This document shows, one piece after another, positions 10,284 to 19,973 of a DNA stretch of 64,000 nucleotides. Made by a program: the position numbers and the translations under genes. Source of the DNA: an uncultured Clostridia bacterium (lineage in GTDB: Bacteria; Bacillota; Clostridia; TANB77; CAG-508); contig CALXVM010000002.1 in the NCBI GenBank assembly GCA_944392105.1, positions 9,026 through 73,025 on the forward strand. The letters are read 5' to 3'. Within the stretch, counting starts at the first letter, position 1. Every line of letters starts with the position of its first letter. Under the pieces are notes generated by a model that worked only from the letters and a program-made list of their open reading frames with translations, searched no databases and was not told where the DNA came from.

Positions 10284-11429
10284 TTAATTATTTTTCTTAT
10301 ATTCTTCTCCTAATAAAATTTCACAAATATTTTCTGTTGAATCTTTTTTGGCAAGTTCTTTTACTTTTTCTTTCATTTTTGCTATTGTATCTTCGTTTTC
10401 AAATAGTTTTTTTATTATTTCATCTGGATTTTGATCTTTTTTTATCCAAATTCCCACTCCTTTTTCTTCTAAAAACTGTGCGTTTTCTTCTTCTTGTCCA
10501 GGGATTGGGCTTATTACTAATATTGGAAGCCCTGATGCTAAACTTTCGCTTGTTGTAAGTCCTCCAGGTTTAGTAACAACAATTGTTGATATTTTCATAA
10601 GTTCTGGCACTTTGTCTGTAAAACCTAATACTTTTACTCTATCTTCTGCATTTTCATATTGTACAATATCTTCAAATTTTTTTCTCATTTTTTCGTTTTT
10701 GCCAGAAATAGCAACTATTTGATATTCAGGAACATTTTTTACTAGAGAATCTAAAATTTGTACTGTTCTTTCTTTTCCTAATCCAAATTCGCCTCCACCA
10801 AAAAATAAAATAGTCTTTTTTTCTGGATTAAGATTAAACATTTTATATGTTTCTTTATTATCTATTTTCCTTTTAAACTTACTTGAGAGTGGTATTCCTG
10901 TAACATATATTTTTTCTTTGTCAACCCCATAGTCTATTAGTTGTTCTTTCATTTTATCATTTGCTACAAAGAAATAGTCTCCGTATTCATTTCCTATTAG
11001 CCATTGTGTATGCATAGAAAAATCTGTTAATATTGTAGCAAGTTTGCAATTTAAATGTCCTTTTCTTTTTAAATAGCTAACCATTTGTGTGCTAAACGGA
11101 TGAGTAGAAATAATTAAATCTGGATTATATTCTATTATTAATTTAAATAGTTTCCTTGCCATTAACTTATTAGTTTCTTTACTTACACTTGAAAGAAGCC
11201 CTTTTTGTGACCCTGCATAGACTTTTCCCCATAAATTTGGAACATCTTTTGCCATTTCATTATAGGCACCTGTTGTAACTTTGTTTAGCATTCTATTTAT
11301 GTATCTTATACAGTCTATTACTTCTATTTGTATATTTGTATAATTTGTCTCAAGACATTCTTTTATAGAATTAGCTGCTGACAAGTGTCCTCCACCATAT
11401 GATGCATAAAATATTAATATTTTTTTCAT
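10284..11429 (-). CDS. MGDG-synthase-family glycosyltransferase (diacylglycerol glycosyltransferase, UgtP-like)
   Basis: N-terminal GGGH motif with a GT28-type C-terminal domain (TKPGGLTTSE). Confidence 0.75.
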   Translation of the reverse strand: MKKILIFYASYGGGHLSAANSIKECLETNYTNIQIEVIDCIRYINRMLNKVTTGAYNEMAKDVPNLWGKVYAGSQKGLLSSVSKETNKLMARKLFKLIIEYNPDLIISTHPFSTQMVSYLKRKGHLNCKLATILTDFSMHTQWLIGNEYGDYFFVANDKMKEQLIDYGVDKEKIYVTGIPLSSKFKRKIDNKETYKMFNLNPEKKTILFFGGGEFGLGKERTVQILDSLVKNVPEYQIVAISGKNEKMRKKFEDIVQYENAEDRVKVLGFTDKVPELMKISTIVVTKPGGLTTSESLASGLPILVISPIPGQEEENAQFLEEKGVGIWIKKDQNPDEIIKKLFENEDTIAKMKEKVKELAKKDSTENICEILLGEEYKKNN

Positions 11430-11446
11430 ATATTTTCCCCTCTAAG

Positions 11447-12046
11447 CTATATTTCTCTTCTTCCCTCTAGTGCTTTACTTAATGTTACTTCATCTGTATA
11501 TTCTAAGTCTCCTCCTACAGGAATTCCATGTGCTATTCTTGTTACTTTTATTCCTAATGGCTTTACTAATTTTGATATATACATTGCTGTTGCTTCTCCC
11601 TCTACTCTTGGGTTTGTAGCTAAAATTACTTCTTTAACTTGTCCATCCATTAGTCTAGATAAGAGTTCTTTTATCTTTATGTCATCTGGTCCAACACCAT
11701 TCATAGGTGAAATACTACCATGTAAAACATGGTAAACCCCTTTGAACTCATGTGTTTTTTCCATTGCCACAACATCTCTTACATCCTCTACTATACAAAT
11801 TACTGAGTGATCTCTATTTTTGTTAGCACATATTGGACATGGATCTGTATCTGTAATGTTATAACATGTTGAACAATATTTTAAGTTTTTCTTTGCATTT
11901 TGGATAGCGTCTATAAATTCGTTTGTCTCCTGCTCACTTGCATCTAGTATATAAAATGCTAATCTAGCAGCCGTTTTATTTCCTATGCTTGGTAACTTTT
12001 CAAAAGCTTCTATTAATTTTTCTATTGATGGTGAATAATATGACAT
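11447..12046 (-). CDS. recR: recombination protein RecR
   Basis: Cys4 zinc finger [16 protein letters not shown] plus a Toprim domain; ybaB-recR synteny. Confidence 0.95.
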   Translation of the reverse strand: MSYYSPSIEKLIEAFEKLPSIGNKTAARLAFYILDASEQETNEFIDAIQNAKKNLKYCSTCYNITDTDPCPICANKNRDHSVICIVEDVRDVVAMEKTHEFKGVYHVLHGSISPMNGVGPDDIKIKELLSRLMDGQVKEVILATNPRVEGEATAMYISKLVKPLGIKVTRIAHGIPVGGDLEYTDEVTLSKALEGRREI

Positions 12047-12195
12047 TTTTTTCTATAATATTACTTCTTTAAAGTAAATTATATAACTCTCCTTGCTGTT
12101 TAATTATTTAGGTTTTTAAAAGGCTTTACCTATAAACCTTTTACTTATCTGTTTTTATAAAGTTTAAAAAGCGTAGATTAAATTCTACGCTTATA

Positions 12196-12537
12196 TTACA
12201 TTATTCCTGGTATATTGTATTTTCCAAATTGAGCAGCTTGTGCACTGTCTACTTTTCTTAATGCTTCATTTACACATCCCAAAATTAAGTCTTGTAACAT
12301 TTCTACATCATCTGGGTCTACAACATCTTTTTGTATTTTTATTTCTTTTATTTCTTTTGAACCAGATACTTTTACACTTACAGCTCCACCACCTGCTGAT
12401 GCCTCGAATTCTTGGCTAGCAAGTTCTGCTTGTGATTTTTCCATATCTGCTTGCATTTTTTTTGCTTCTTTCATTAATTGTCCTATGTTCATACCTCCGA
12501 AGCCTCCGCCCATACCTGGGAATCCTCTTTTTGACAT
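12196..12537 (-). CDS. ybaB: nucleoid-associated protein YbaB/EbfC
   Basis: 113 aa; [15 protein letters not shown]...; lies between dnaX and recR. Confidence 0.9.
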   Translation of the reverse strand: MSKRGFPGMGGGFGGMNIGQLMKEAKKMQADMEKSQAELASQEFEASAGGGAVSVKVSGSKEIKEIKIQKDVVDPDDVEMLQDLILGCVNEALRKVDSAQAAQFGKYNIPGIM

Positions 12538-12549
12538 AAAATTTCCTCC

Positions 12550-14169
12550 TTATTCATCTATAATATTAATTGATATATCTAAATCTTTTGTAGCTTCCGA
12601 AAGTGCGCTTTCTTCTGCTTTCTTTTTAACTATATTATCATTACTATCTAAAAGTTTAACTTGCATTGTTTTTCCACATTCTGTTGATATTAATCTTACT
12701 AATTCAGTATGGTTTTCTGGTTTTTCTAAAACTGTTTTTACAAATGGAGTTAATCCATTTATAAAAATAATTCCTATAGTCATGTCGTTAATTTCTACTA
12801 ATTTTGTATTTAATAAATTTGTAGCAACTAAAATTTTACCTGATTTTTTTAAAGTATCAATAACTTTTGGCCAAAAATCTAAACCTTTTATTTTTGATGT
12901 ATCTACTTTTTTATTATCTTCTGATTTTTGAGTAGTTGCTACCTTTTGAGCATTAGCATTACTACTAGGTTGATTTTCTGGATTTTTCTCTACTTTAGAG
13001 AAATCCATACTTCCAATATCTTTAATTTTTTGCTCTAATTTTGTTATTCTATTGTTTATATCTTCTAAGCCTGTGGCACTTGCTTCTGAGCTTTCTTTTG
13101 AGCATAATTTAATTACTTCTACTTGTAGCATTAAACTTTTTTGAGAAGACCACTTTATATTGTTTTCGCATTCTGACAAATCATATATAATTTTTAATAG
13201 CCTTTCTTTTGAAATTTTCTCTGAAAGCTCTTCAATTACCTTAATTTCTTCACTACTATACAAATCTAATTTTTTACTAGTTTTGTAGACCAAAATGTCT
13301 TTTATATATTTTATAAGTTCCCAAATAAGATTTGTTACATCTTTTCCTTGATCTAAAACTATATTTATATTTTCTAAAGCCTGGTCTAAATTATAATCAA
13401 ATATTGACTCTGTTATTTTAGATATAAATTCTAGTTTTGGCATTCCTACCAAATCTTTTACTAAATCTATTTCTATTTTATTATTTCCGTCTTGCAAGCA
13501 CCTTTCTAGAATACTAAGTGCATCTCTCATAGCTCCTTCTGCTAATACTGAAATTAATTTTATAGCATCTTCTGTTATCTCGATATTACTTTCTTTTGCA
13601 ACATATTTTAACCTTTTTGCTATATCTTCATTAGAAATTTTTTTAAAGTCAAATCTCTGACATCTTGAAAGTATTGTTGCTGGAAGTTTTTGAGGCTCAG
13701 TTGTTGCTAGTATAAACTTTACATGCTCTGGTGGTTCTTCTAATGTCTTTAAGAGTGCATTAAATGCACCTGTTGATAGCATATGAACCTCATCTATTAT
13801 ATATACTCTATATTTAGCTAATGTTGGTAAAAAATTAACTTCATCTCTAATAGAACGTATGTCATCAACACTATTATTAGATGCAGCATCCATTTCTACG
13901 ATGTCTGTCAATGAACCTGCTAATGCTGCTTTACATATTTCGCATTCATTACAAGGCTCTCCATCTTGAGGATTTAAGCAATTTACAGCTCTTGCTAAAA
14001 TTTTCGCACTAGTTGTCTTTCCTGTACCACGTCCACCATTGAACAGATATGCATGACCAGTTCTTCCTGCTATTACTTGATTTTTTAGAGTTCTAGTAAT
14101 TGCTTCTTGACCTACCATATCATCGAATCGTAATGGTCTAAATTTTCTATATAATGCTGTATATGCCAA
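12550..14169 (-). CDS. dnaX: DNA polymerase III subunits gamma/tau
   Basis: HAYLFNGGRGTGKTT Walker A, a Cys zinc module, and the clamp-loader box. Confidence 0.95.
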   Translation of the reverse strand: MAYTALYRKFRPLRFDDMVGQEAITRTLKNQVIAGRTGHAYLFNGGRGTGKTTSAKILARAVNCLNPQDGEPCNECEICKAALAGSLTDIVEMDAASNNSVDDIRSIRDEVNFLPTLAKYRVYIIDEVHMLSTGAFNALLKTLEEPPEHVKFILATTEPQKLPATILSRCQRFDFKKISNEDIAKRLKYVAKESNIEITEDAIKLISVLAEGAMRDALSILERCLQDGNNKIEIDLVKDLVGMPKLEFISKITESIFDYNLDQALENINIVLDQGKDVTNLIWELIKYIKDILVYKTSKKLDLYSSEEIKVIEELSEKISKERLLKIIYDLSECENNIKWSSQKSLMLQVEVIKLCSKESSEASATGLEDINNRITKLEQKIKDIGSMDFSKVEKNPENQPSSNANAQKVATTQKSEDNKKVDTSKIKGLDFWPKVIDTLKKSGKILVATNLLNTKLVEINDMTIGIIFINGLTPFVKTVLEKPENHTELVRLISTECGKTMQVKLLDSNDNIVKKKAEESALSEATKDLDISINIIDE

Positions 14170-14191
14170 ATATATCCCTCCTTATAAAAAA

Positions 14192-14341
14192 GATGGTATG
14201 TATTTACTACTAGTCACTCTATGGAAGATACCCCCACACAGAAGTATCTACTTATTGCTGCTTCCTTCCGGACCTGACAAGGTTCATAGGCTTCTGTCGA
14301 GTTTATCCTCCATACAGTGACTAATATTCTTCCATACCATC
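14192..14341 (-). ncRNA. ffs: signal recognition particle RNA (short hairpin form, ~150 nt)
   Basis: The minus strand contains GTCAGGTCCGGAAGGAAGCAGC (domain IV). The ends GATGGTATG / CATACCATC pair and a T-run follows. It sits directly upstream of dnaX, as in other Firmicutes. Confidence 0.8.
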
Positions 14342-14375
14342 AAATTATATACTGTTTTTATAATTTTATCAAGTA

Positions 14376-15128
14376 TTAATTAACCCTTTTAAATATTAAA
14401 TCTGACATATCTGTTTTTTCAAACTGTGTTGTGCCATCCTCTATTAAATTTCCATTTGGCATTTCTAAATTAATTGTTGTTTTATATTTATTTCTGTCTG
14501 TTTCTATAGTAAGGTCAAAAGATACATTAAACTTTATTTCTTCATCTTTTACATTTATTTTGCTTAATAAAGTTCCGTTATGTACTATTTCTTTATCTTT
14601 ATCAGAAGTATAGTCTCCTATTTTTGTATTGCTAAATCTAATATATGCCGTTCCTCCTTGGCTACCTATTTCTAGTGTTTTTGGATTAGATTTTGCTGCT
14701 CCATTATATTCTAATTTATCGTTTACTAAATATTCATCTGAATAATCATATAGCCTTCCCTCAGAACTATTTGGCATATATGGTCTTACTGTTCCCTTTT
14801 CAGGAGCTTTTGTTACCTGTATATTATCTATTAATACTTTACTTAGTATTTCTCCATCATTATGTTCTTCGTCTTTATCTATGTACAAATAAACATCATT
14901 ATTTTGATATATGCTTAAATTCCATTCTTCTGAAACTTCTTCATTGTTTTCTACACCCTCTGCTGTACTTATCATAATTATTTTAGAAAGTTTAAAAGGT
15001 AAATTTTTTTCCCCTTCTACTTGATATTTTACGATAAGGCTTATAACTATAAGTACTATAATTACTAAAACTGATATTGCTATACAAAATTTTATCGTTT
15101 GTTTTCTTTTTTCGTTATCCATATTCAT
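14376..15128 (-). CDS. hypothetical membrane-anchored protein
   Basis: 250-aa ORF with a single N-terminal TM helix. Confidence 0.5.
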   Translation of the reverse strand: MNMDNEKRKQTIKFCIAISVLVIIVLIVISLIVKYQVEGEKNLPFKLSKIIMISTAEGVENNEEVSEEWNLSIYQNNDVYLYIDKDEEHNDGEILSKVLIDNIQVTKAPEKGTVRPYMPNSSEGRLYDYSDEYLVNDKLEYNGAAKSNPKTLEIGSQGGTAYIRFSNTKIGDYTSDKDKEIVHNGTLLSKINVKDEEIKFNVSFDLTIETDRNKYKTTINLEMPNGNLIEDGTTQFEKTDMSDLIFKRVN

Positions 15129-15138
15129 CCTTTCTTAT

Positions 15139-15229
15139 TGGCGGAGTGAGTGGGATTCGAACCCACGTGCCAGTTTCCTGACTAACTGATTTCGAATCAG
15201 CCTCGTTATGACCACTTCGATACCACTCC
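15139..15229 (-). tRNA. tRNA-Ser (anticodon CGA)
   Basis: Hand-folded cloverleaf: GGAGTGG acceptor stem, anticodon loop TTCGAAA, long variable arm, GGTTCGAATCC T-loop, encoded CCA. Confidence 0.9.
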
Positions 15230-15370
15230 ATATTGTGATAAATTTATTTTATCACATTTAATTTAATATTTAATATTTTTTATAGTATTTTTATTATTTT
15301 ATACATAATTTTATGTTTATATTTCTATATTTTAAATATTATTTATTGTGGTTTCATTTACATAACTATA

Positions 15371-15856
15371 TTATTTAAAACTATCTTTACTTGTTTTTGC
15401 TTTTTTATTTCTTAATTCTTTAAAGAATTTTTTTAATATAGCTTCACATTCCTCTTTTAAAATTCCATTTTCTATTTCTACTTTATGATTAAATTTATAA
15501 TCCTCTAAAAGATTTAAAACCGAGCCACAAGCACCAGTTTTCTTGTCCTCTGTACCTATATATACCTTCCTTATTCTTGATTGTATTAATGCTCCAGCAC
15601 ACATACTACAAGGCTCTAATGTAACATACATATCGCAATCTGTCAATCTCCATGCTTTTAATCTTTTACTAGCTTTTTGTATTGCAATTATTTCTGCATG
15701 TTTTGTTGTATCCATTTTTTCTTCTTTTTTATTATATGCCCTAGCTATTATTTTATTATCTTTAACAATAATAGCCCCTACCGGTATTTCTTCCTTAATA
15801 TAAGCTTTTTTGGCTTCTTTTAAGGCTTCTTTCATAAACTTTTCTTTTTCTTGCAT
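15371..15856 (-). CDS. tadA: tRNA-specific adenosine deaminase
   Basis: HAE...PCSMCAGAL deaminase zinc motifs. Confidence 0.9.
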   Translation of the reverse strand: MQEKEKFMKEALKEAKKAYIKEEIPVGAIIVKDNKIIARAYNKKEEKMDTTKHAEIIAIQKASKRLKAWRLTDCDMYVTLEPCSMCAGALIQSRIRKVYIGTEDKKTGACGSVLNLLEDYKFNHKVEIENGILKEECEAILKKFFKELRNKKAKTSKDSFK

Positions 15857-15957
15857 TATTCTTACCCTTTATATATTTAGTTTTTACACAATATCATACT
15901 TTTTAAAATTTTTCAACTTTATTGCTATGTAAATATATAATTTTGCTTTTTCTATGA

Positions 15958-16410
15958 TTACTGTCCTTTATATATTTTTTGTAACAATGCCTCCTCTAGT
16001 GTTTTTGAAAAATTTATTTTTAAACTCTCTGCTTTTGAATTTATCCATTTAGGTATATTGACTGTCTTTTTTACCAACTCTTTCCCCCATTTTTCAGCAA
16101 ACGAACTTATATCCACTGCTATATACGTTTTAAATTTAGAAACATAATCCCAATCTTTTATATCTAAACTTTTTTCTAATTCTTCAAATGACACATCTTC
16201 AATTCTGCTTGATTTTGGTATTCTATTTTTTTCTTCCATTTCATCTAATACTAATCCTGCAATTAAATCCTCTGCCATTGACATGGCTTCCTCAAGTGTA
16301 GTACCACAAGTAGAAGCACTTGTATCTAACTCTTTTTGCAAATCTGGAACAAAAACAGAGTAACCCCCTTCTTTTTCCTCATAAAATAATACTGGATAAA
16401 TAACTTTCAT
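15958..16410 (-). CDS. hicB: HicB-family antitoxin
   Basis: N-terminus YPVLFYEEKEGGYSVFVPDL (HicB fold), downstream of a hicA remnant. Confidence 0.7.
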   Translation of the reverse strand: MKVIYPVLFYEEKEGGYSVFVPDLQKELDTSASTCGTTLEEAMSMAEDLIAGLVLDEMEEKNRIPKSSRIEDVSFEELEKSLDIKDWDYVSKFKTYIAVDISSFAEKWGKELVKKTVNIPKWINSKAESLKINFSKTLEEALLQKIYKGQ

Positions 16411-16442
16411 TGCTATACCCCCATATTTATTACAAGCGAGGC

Positions 16443-16626
16443 TTATTTCAGCCCTGCTTGTTTTAAAATATTGTTAAGAGTTCCTTTTGGTATATCTCCT
16501 TTATGGTTTGGCACTGTTACACTTCCGCTTTCTATCATTGTGCCTATATACATAATGCGAGCCATTTGTACGAGAATGGTACCAACCATTGGAGATTAAC
16601 AATTTCTCCAGTTCTCGAAACGTCAT
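16443..16626 (-). pseudogene. hicA: HicA-family mRNA interferase toxin, frameshifted
   Basis: AGGAGGAG-N5-ATG, then MTFRELEKLLISNGWYHSRTNGSHY. The conserved C-terminus ...TVPNHKGDIPKGTLNNILKQAGLK* continues in the +1 frame. Length is 184 nt, that is 61 codons plus 1 nt. Confidence 0.65.
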
Positions 16627-16843
16627 GACTACTCCTCCTAACAATTATATTTTACTACGTATTGTACGTATTTGTCAATAATTATTATAAATATTTTATT
16701 CAAATATATTAATATTATTCTGTTAGAATAAAAAATAGATACATCAATAGAATTTGTAAAAATATAATTTTTTCGTTGCATTAAATTGCAATAAAAAAGT
16801 CATACAAAATATTGATATTCCAATAATTGTATGATTTTTTATA

Positions 16844-16920
16844 TGGTGTGCTTAGCTGGAATTGAACCAGCGACCCCTCGCTTAGGAGGCGAGTGCTCTA
16901 TCCAACTGAGCTATAAACAC
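16844..16920 (-). tRNA. tRNA-Arg (anticodon CCT)
   Basis: Reverse complement GTGTTTATAGCTCAGTTGGATAGAGC...CTCCTAA...GGTTCAATTCC...CACCA. Confidence 0.9.
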
Positions 16921-17135
16921 ATTTTTATAGTATGTATTATAGCCTATTTATTGAGTTTTTTCAAGCTTATTAATAAATATATCTTGACTTAATTGTTATT
17001 TTGTACACTATATTTTGCTTTTACAATTTGCCACTTACATGTTATAATTTATTTTAGAATTTTATTTTTGTAACTATAAATTTATTAGTCTACAATTTTA
17101 ATAAATCATTAAAATTATTATTGGAAGGAATTATT

Positions 17136-17846
17136 ATGCAAAAAATATTAGGTTATATGAGAAAAGCAATTGAAAAATACAATATGATAGAAGATGGAGA
17201 TAAAATTATAGTAGGTCTTTCAGGTGGAAAAGACTCTATTACTTTAGCAATGGGATTAAAAGCATTGCAACGCTTCTACCCTAAAAAGTTTGAAATTTTA
17301 TGTGTAAGTGTGAATCCAGGTTTTGATTTTTTTGATTCAGAGTTTTTAAAAGCAACTTGCGAAAAAATGGAAATTCCTTTTATTGAAGAAAAAACACATA
17401 TTAAAGAAATTGTTTTTGATATAAGAAACGAAAAAAATCCATGTTCATTGTGTGCAAATCTACGTAGAGGTGTTTTAAACTCAGTAGCTAAAAGAGAGGG
17501 TTATAATAAGATAGCTTTAGGTCATAATGAAGATGATGTTTTAGAAACCTTTTTCTTAAACCTTTTATATGGTGGGTCTTTAAATACATTTGCTCCAATT
17601 AGTTACATGGATCGTTCGAAAATAACTTTAATTAGGCCTATGATTTATATCTCTGAAAAGGAAATTCGAAAATTTGTTAGGAGAAATAACATAGAAGTTA
17701 TGCCAAAAGTTTGCCCAATGGATGGTAAGTCTAAAAGAGAAGATATGAAAGATTTAATTTTGGATTTTGAAAAGCAAATTCCTACTATTAGAGCTAATCT
17801 TATTGGTGCAATAAAAAGAGGAAATATTAATGGTTGGAAAGAATAG
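17136..17846 (+). CDS. ttcA: PP-loop ATPase, tRNA 2-thiocytidine synthetase TtcA family
   Basis: SGGKDS PP-loop and CSLCANLRRG. The ORF track starts at 17121 (TTG); the ATG at 17136 follows GGAAGGA. Confidence 0.8.
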   Translation: MQKILGYMRKAIEKYNMIEDGDKIIVGLSGGKDSITLAMGLKALQRFYPKKFEILCVSVNPGFDFFDSEFLKATCEKMEIPFIEEKTHIKEIVFDIRNEKNPCSLCANLRRGVLNSVAKREGYNKIALGHNEDDVLETFFLNLLYGGSLNTFAPISYMDRSKITLIRPMIYISEKEIRKFVRRNNIEVMPKVCPMDGKSKREDMKDLILDFEKQIPTIRANLIGAIKRGNINGWKE

Positions 17847-17847
17847 A

Positions 17848-17940
17848 AAAAATTGTGGAAAAATTTTGTTGAATTTAAATACTTAAATTTTTATTTTTTC
17901 TAGTTTAAATTCACATCTTTTTAGTTTTTCCACAATTTTT
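17848..17940. terminator. nested inverted repeat between convergent genes (bidirectional terminator or cruciform)
   Basis: Perfect 16-nt arms AAAAATTGTGGAAAAA (17848..17863) and TTTTTCCACAATTTTT (17925..17940). Inner 9-nt arms GAATTTAAA / TTTAAATTC. Confidence 0.5.
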
Positions 17941-18034
17941 ATATGTTTTTTATTTATTATATATTTATTTTTCTGTTTATTTTAATTTATATTTTATTAT
18001 TTAAAGTTTTAATCAATATACTTATAAAATTAAT

Positions 18035-19762
18035 TTATTCTGCATATTTTTTCATACTGTTTTCAATATTTTGTAATTCTTTTTCCGCTTCTTCCATGCT
18101 ATTTTCTTTAACACCCATATAGAATTTTATTTTTGGTTCTGTTCCAGATGGACGTACACAACACCATGCATCATCTTCTAATTCATAATAAAGTACATTA
18201 GATTTTGGCAAGTTTGTGCTTGTTTCTTTTCCTGTTTCATTATTATGTATAACTTGAGAATTATAGTCTCCTACTGATATTACTTTATATTTTCCTATTT
18301 CAGAAGGCGGATTATTTCTTAAATCGTCCATCATTTTCTTAATTTGCTCAGCTCCTTCTGCTCCTTTTAGAGTAATAGAAAATTGTTTTTCTTTATAATA
18401 TCCATATTTTCTATACATATTATTCATTTGATCCCATAAAGTCATACCATTCATTTTATAGTATGCTGCTGCTTCGCAAAGTGTCATAACTGCTACTATT
18501 CCGTCTTTATCTCTTGCATGTGTTCCTATAATGCAACCATAACTTTCCTCATAAGAATATAAGCATTCATATTCATTATTGTTTTCTTCAAATCCTCTTA
18601 TTATTTTAGCTATATTTTTAAATCCTGTTAATGTAGAAAATAGTTTTACATTATATTCTTTTGCTATAGCATCTGTTAGGTTTGAAGATACAATTGTTTT
18701 AATTACAGCTCCATTTGCTGGAAGTGTTCCATTTGCCTTCTTCTGTGACAAAATATACTCTGCAAGTAAATTTCCTGTCATGTTTCCATTAAATTGAATA
18801 TATTCTCCTGTTTTTGTATCTTTTACATAAACACCTAGTCTATCTGCATCTGGATCATTTGCTAAAACTATGTCTGCATTAACTCTTTTGGCTAGCTCTA
18901 ATGCTAAAGTAAACGCTTTTGGATCTTCTGGGTTTGGATAGCTTACTGTTGGGAACTCACCATCTGGCTTTTCTTGTTCTGGTACAACATACACATTTTC
19001 AAACCCTATTTCTTTTAATATTCTTTGGACTGGAATGTTTCCTGTTCCATGAAGTGGTGTGTAAACAATTTTTATATCTTTTTGCATTTTATTAATAGCA
19101 TCTTGATTTACTACTAATTTTTTTAATGTATCTATATATTTGTCATCAATTTCTTTTCCTATTTTATTATATAAGCCTTTTTCTTCTGCTTCCTTTTTAC
19201 TCATTGTTTTTATTGTAGATAAATCTGTAATAGCATTTACTTCGTTAATTATTTCTTTATCTGTGGGCTCTACTATTTGAGCTCCATCTTCCCAATATAC
19301 CTTATATCCATTATACTCTGGTGGATTATGGCTTGCTGTTATAACAATTCCTGCTATACATCCTAATTGTCTAACTGCAAATGATAGCTCTGGAGTTGGT
19401 CTTAGAGAATCAAATCTATATGTTTTTATTCCATTAGCATTTAAGCATAAAGCTGTTTCTTCGCTAAATTCTTGAGACATCCTTCTAGAGTCATAAGCTA
19501 TTGCTACTCCTCTTTCTTGTCCATTTTTCTTTACAATATAATTTGCTAATCCTTGAGTTGCTTTTGTAACAGTATATTTATTCATTCTGTTAGTACCAAT
19601 TCCTATAACACCTCTTAATCCTGCTGTTCCAAATTCTAAATCCTTATAAAATCTGTCTTCTATTTCTTTTTCGTTATTTTTAATATTTCTTAAATCTTCT
19701 TTGTCTTCTTCACTTATAGCTGGATCATTAAGCCATTCATTATATTTTTCTAAATAATTCAT
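18035..19762 (-). CDS. phosphoglucomutase / phosphomannomutase family protein
   Basis: TASHNPPEYNGYKV active-site serine loop; 575 aa. Confidence 0.85.
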   Translation of the reverse strand: MNYLEKYNEWLNDPAISEEDKEDLRNIKNNEKEIEDRFYKDLEFGTAGLRGVIGIGTNRMNKYTVTKATQGLANYIVKKNGQERGVAIAYDSRRMSQEFSEETALCLNANGIKTYRFDSLRPTPELSFAVRQLGCIAGIVITASHNPPEYNGYKVYWEDGAQIVEPTDKEIINEVNAITDLSTIKTMSKKEAEEKGLYNKIGKEIDDKYIDTLKKLVVNQDAINKMQKDIKIVYTPLHGTGNIPVQRILKEIGFENVYVVPEQEKPDGEFPTVSYPNPEDPKAFTLALELAKRVNADIVLANDPDADRLGVYVKDTKTGEYIQFNGNMTGNLLAEYILSQKKANGTLPANGAVIKTIVSSNLTDAIAKEYNVKLFSTLTGFKNIAKIIRGFEENNNEYECLYSYEESYGCIIGTHARDKDGIVAVMTLCEAAAYYKMNGMTLWDQMNNMYRKYGYYKEKQFSITLKGAEGAEQIKKMMDDLRNNPPSEIGKYKVISVGDYNSQVIHNNETGKETSTNLPKSNVLYYELEDDAWCCVRPSGTEPKIKFYMGVKENSMEEAEKELQNIENSMKKYAE

Positions 19763-19843
19763 ATTCTCACAATCCTTTCTATTATTTATATAATTACATT
19801 ATATCTACTTTTTAGTATAATTTTTTAATTTAGAAACGTTGAT

Positions 19844-19892
19844 CTGTCCCCAATTTCCCAAATCGGGAAGTTGGGACCTGTCCCTAATTTCC
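19844..19892. other. GC-rich hairpin flanked by 15-nt direct repeats, in the pgm upstream region
   Basis: CTGTCCCCAATTTCC (19844..19858) and CTGTCCCTAATTTCC (19878..19892). The hairpin is CCCAATTTCCC-AAATC-GGGAAGTTGGG (19849..19875). Confidence 0.5.
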
Positions 19893-19928
19893 AAAAAACG
19901 TGCCAAAGGCTTTTGTCTCTGACACGTT
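19893..19928 (-). terminator. rho-independent terminator of the UDP-sugar pyrophosphorylase gene
   Basis: Minus strand reads AACGTGTCAGAG...TTTGGCACGTT followed by TTTTTT. Confidence 0.6.
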
Positions 19929-19973
19929 GCTTTTATAAATATATTTTTATAAATTTATATATCTTTTATTTAA

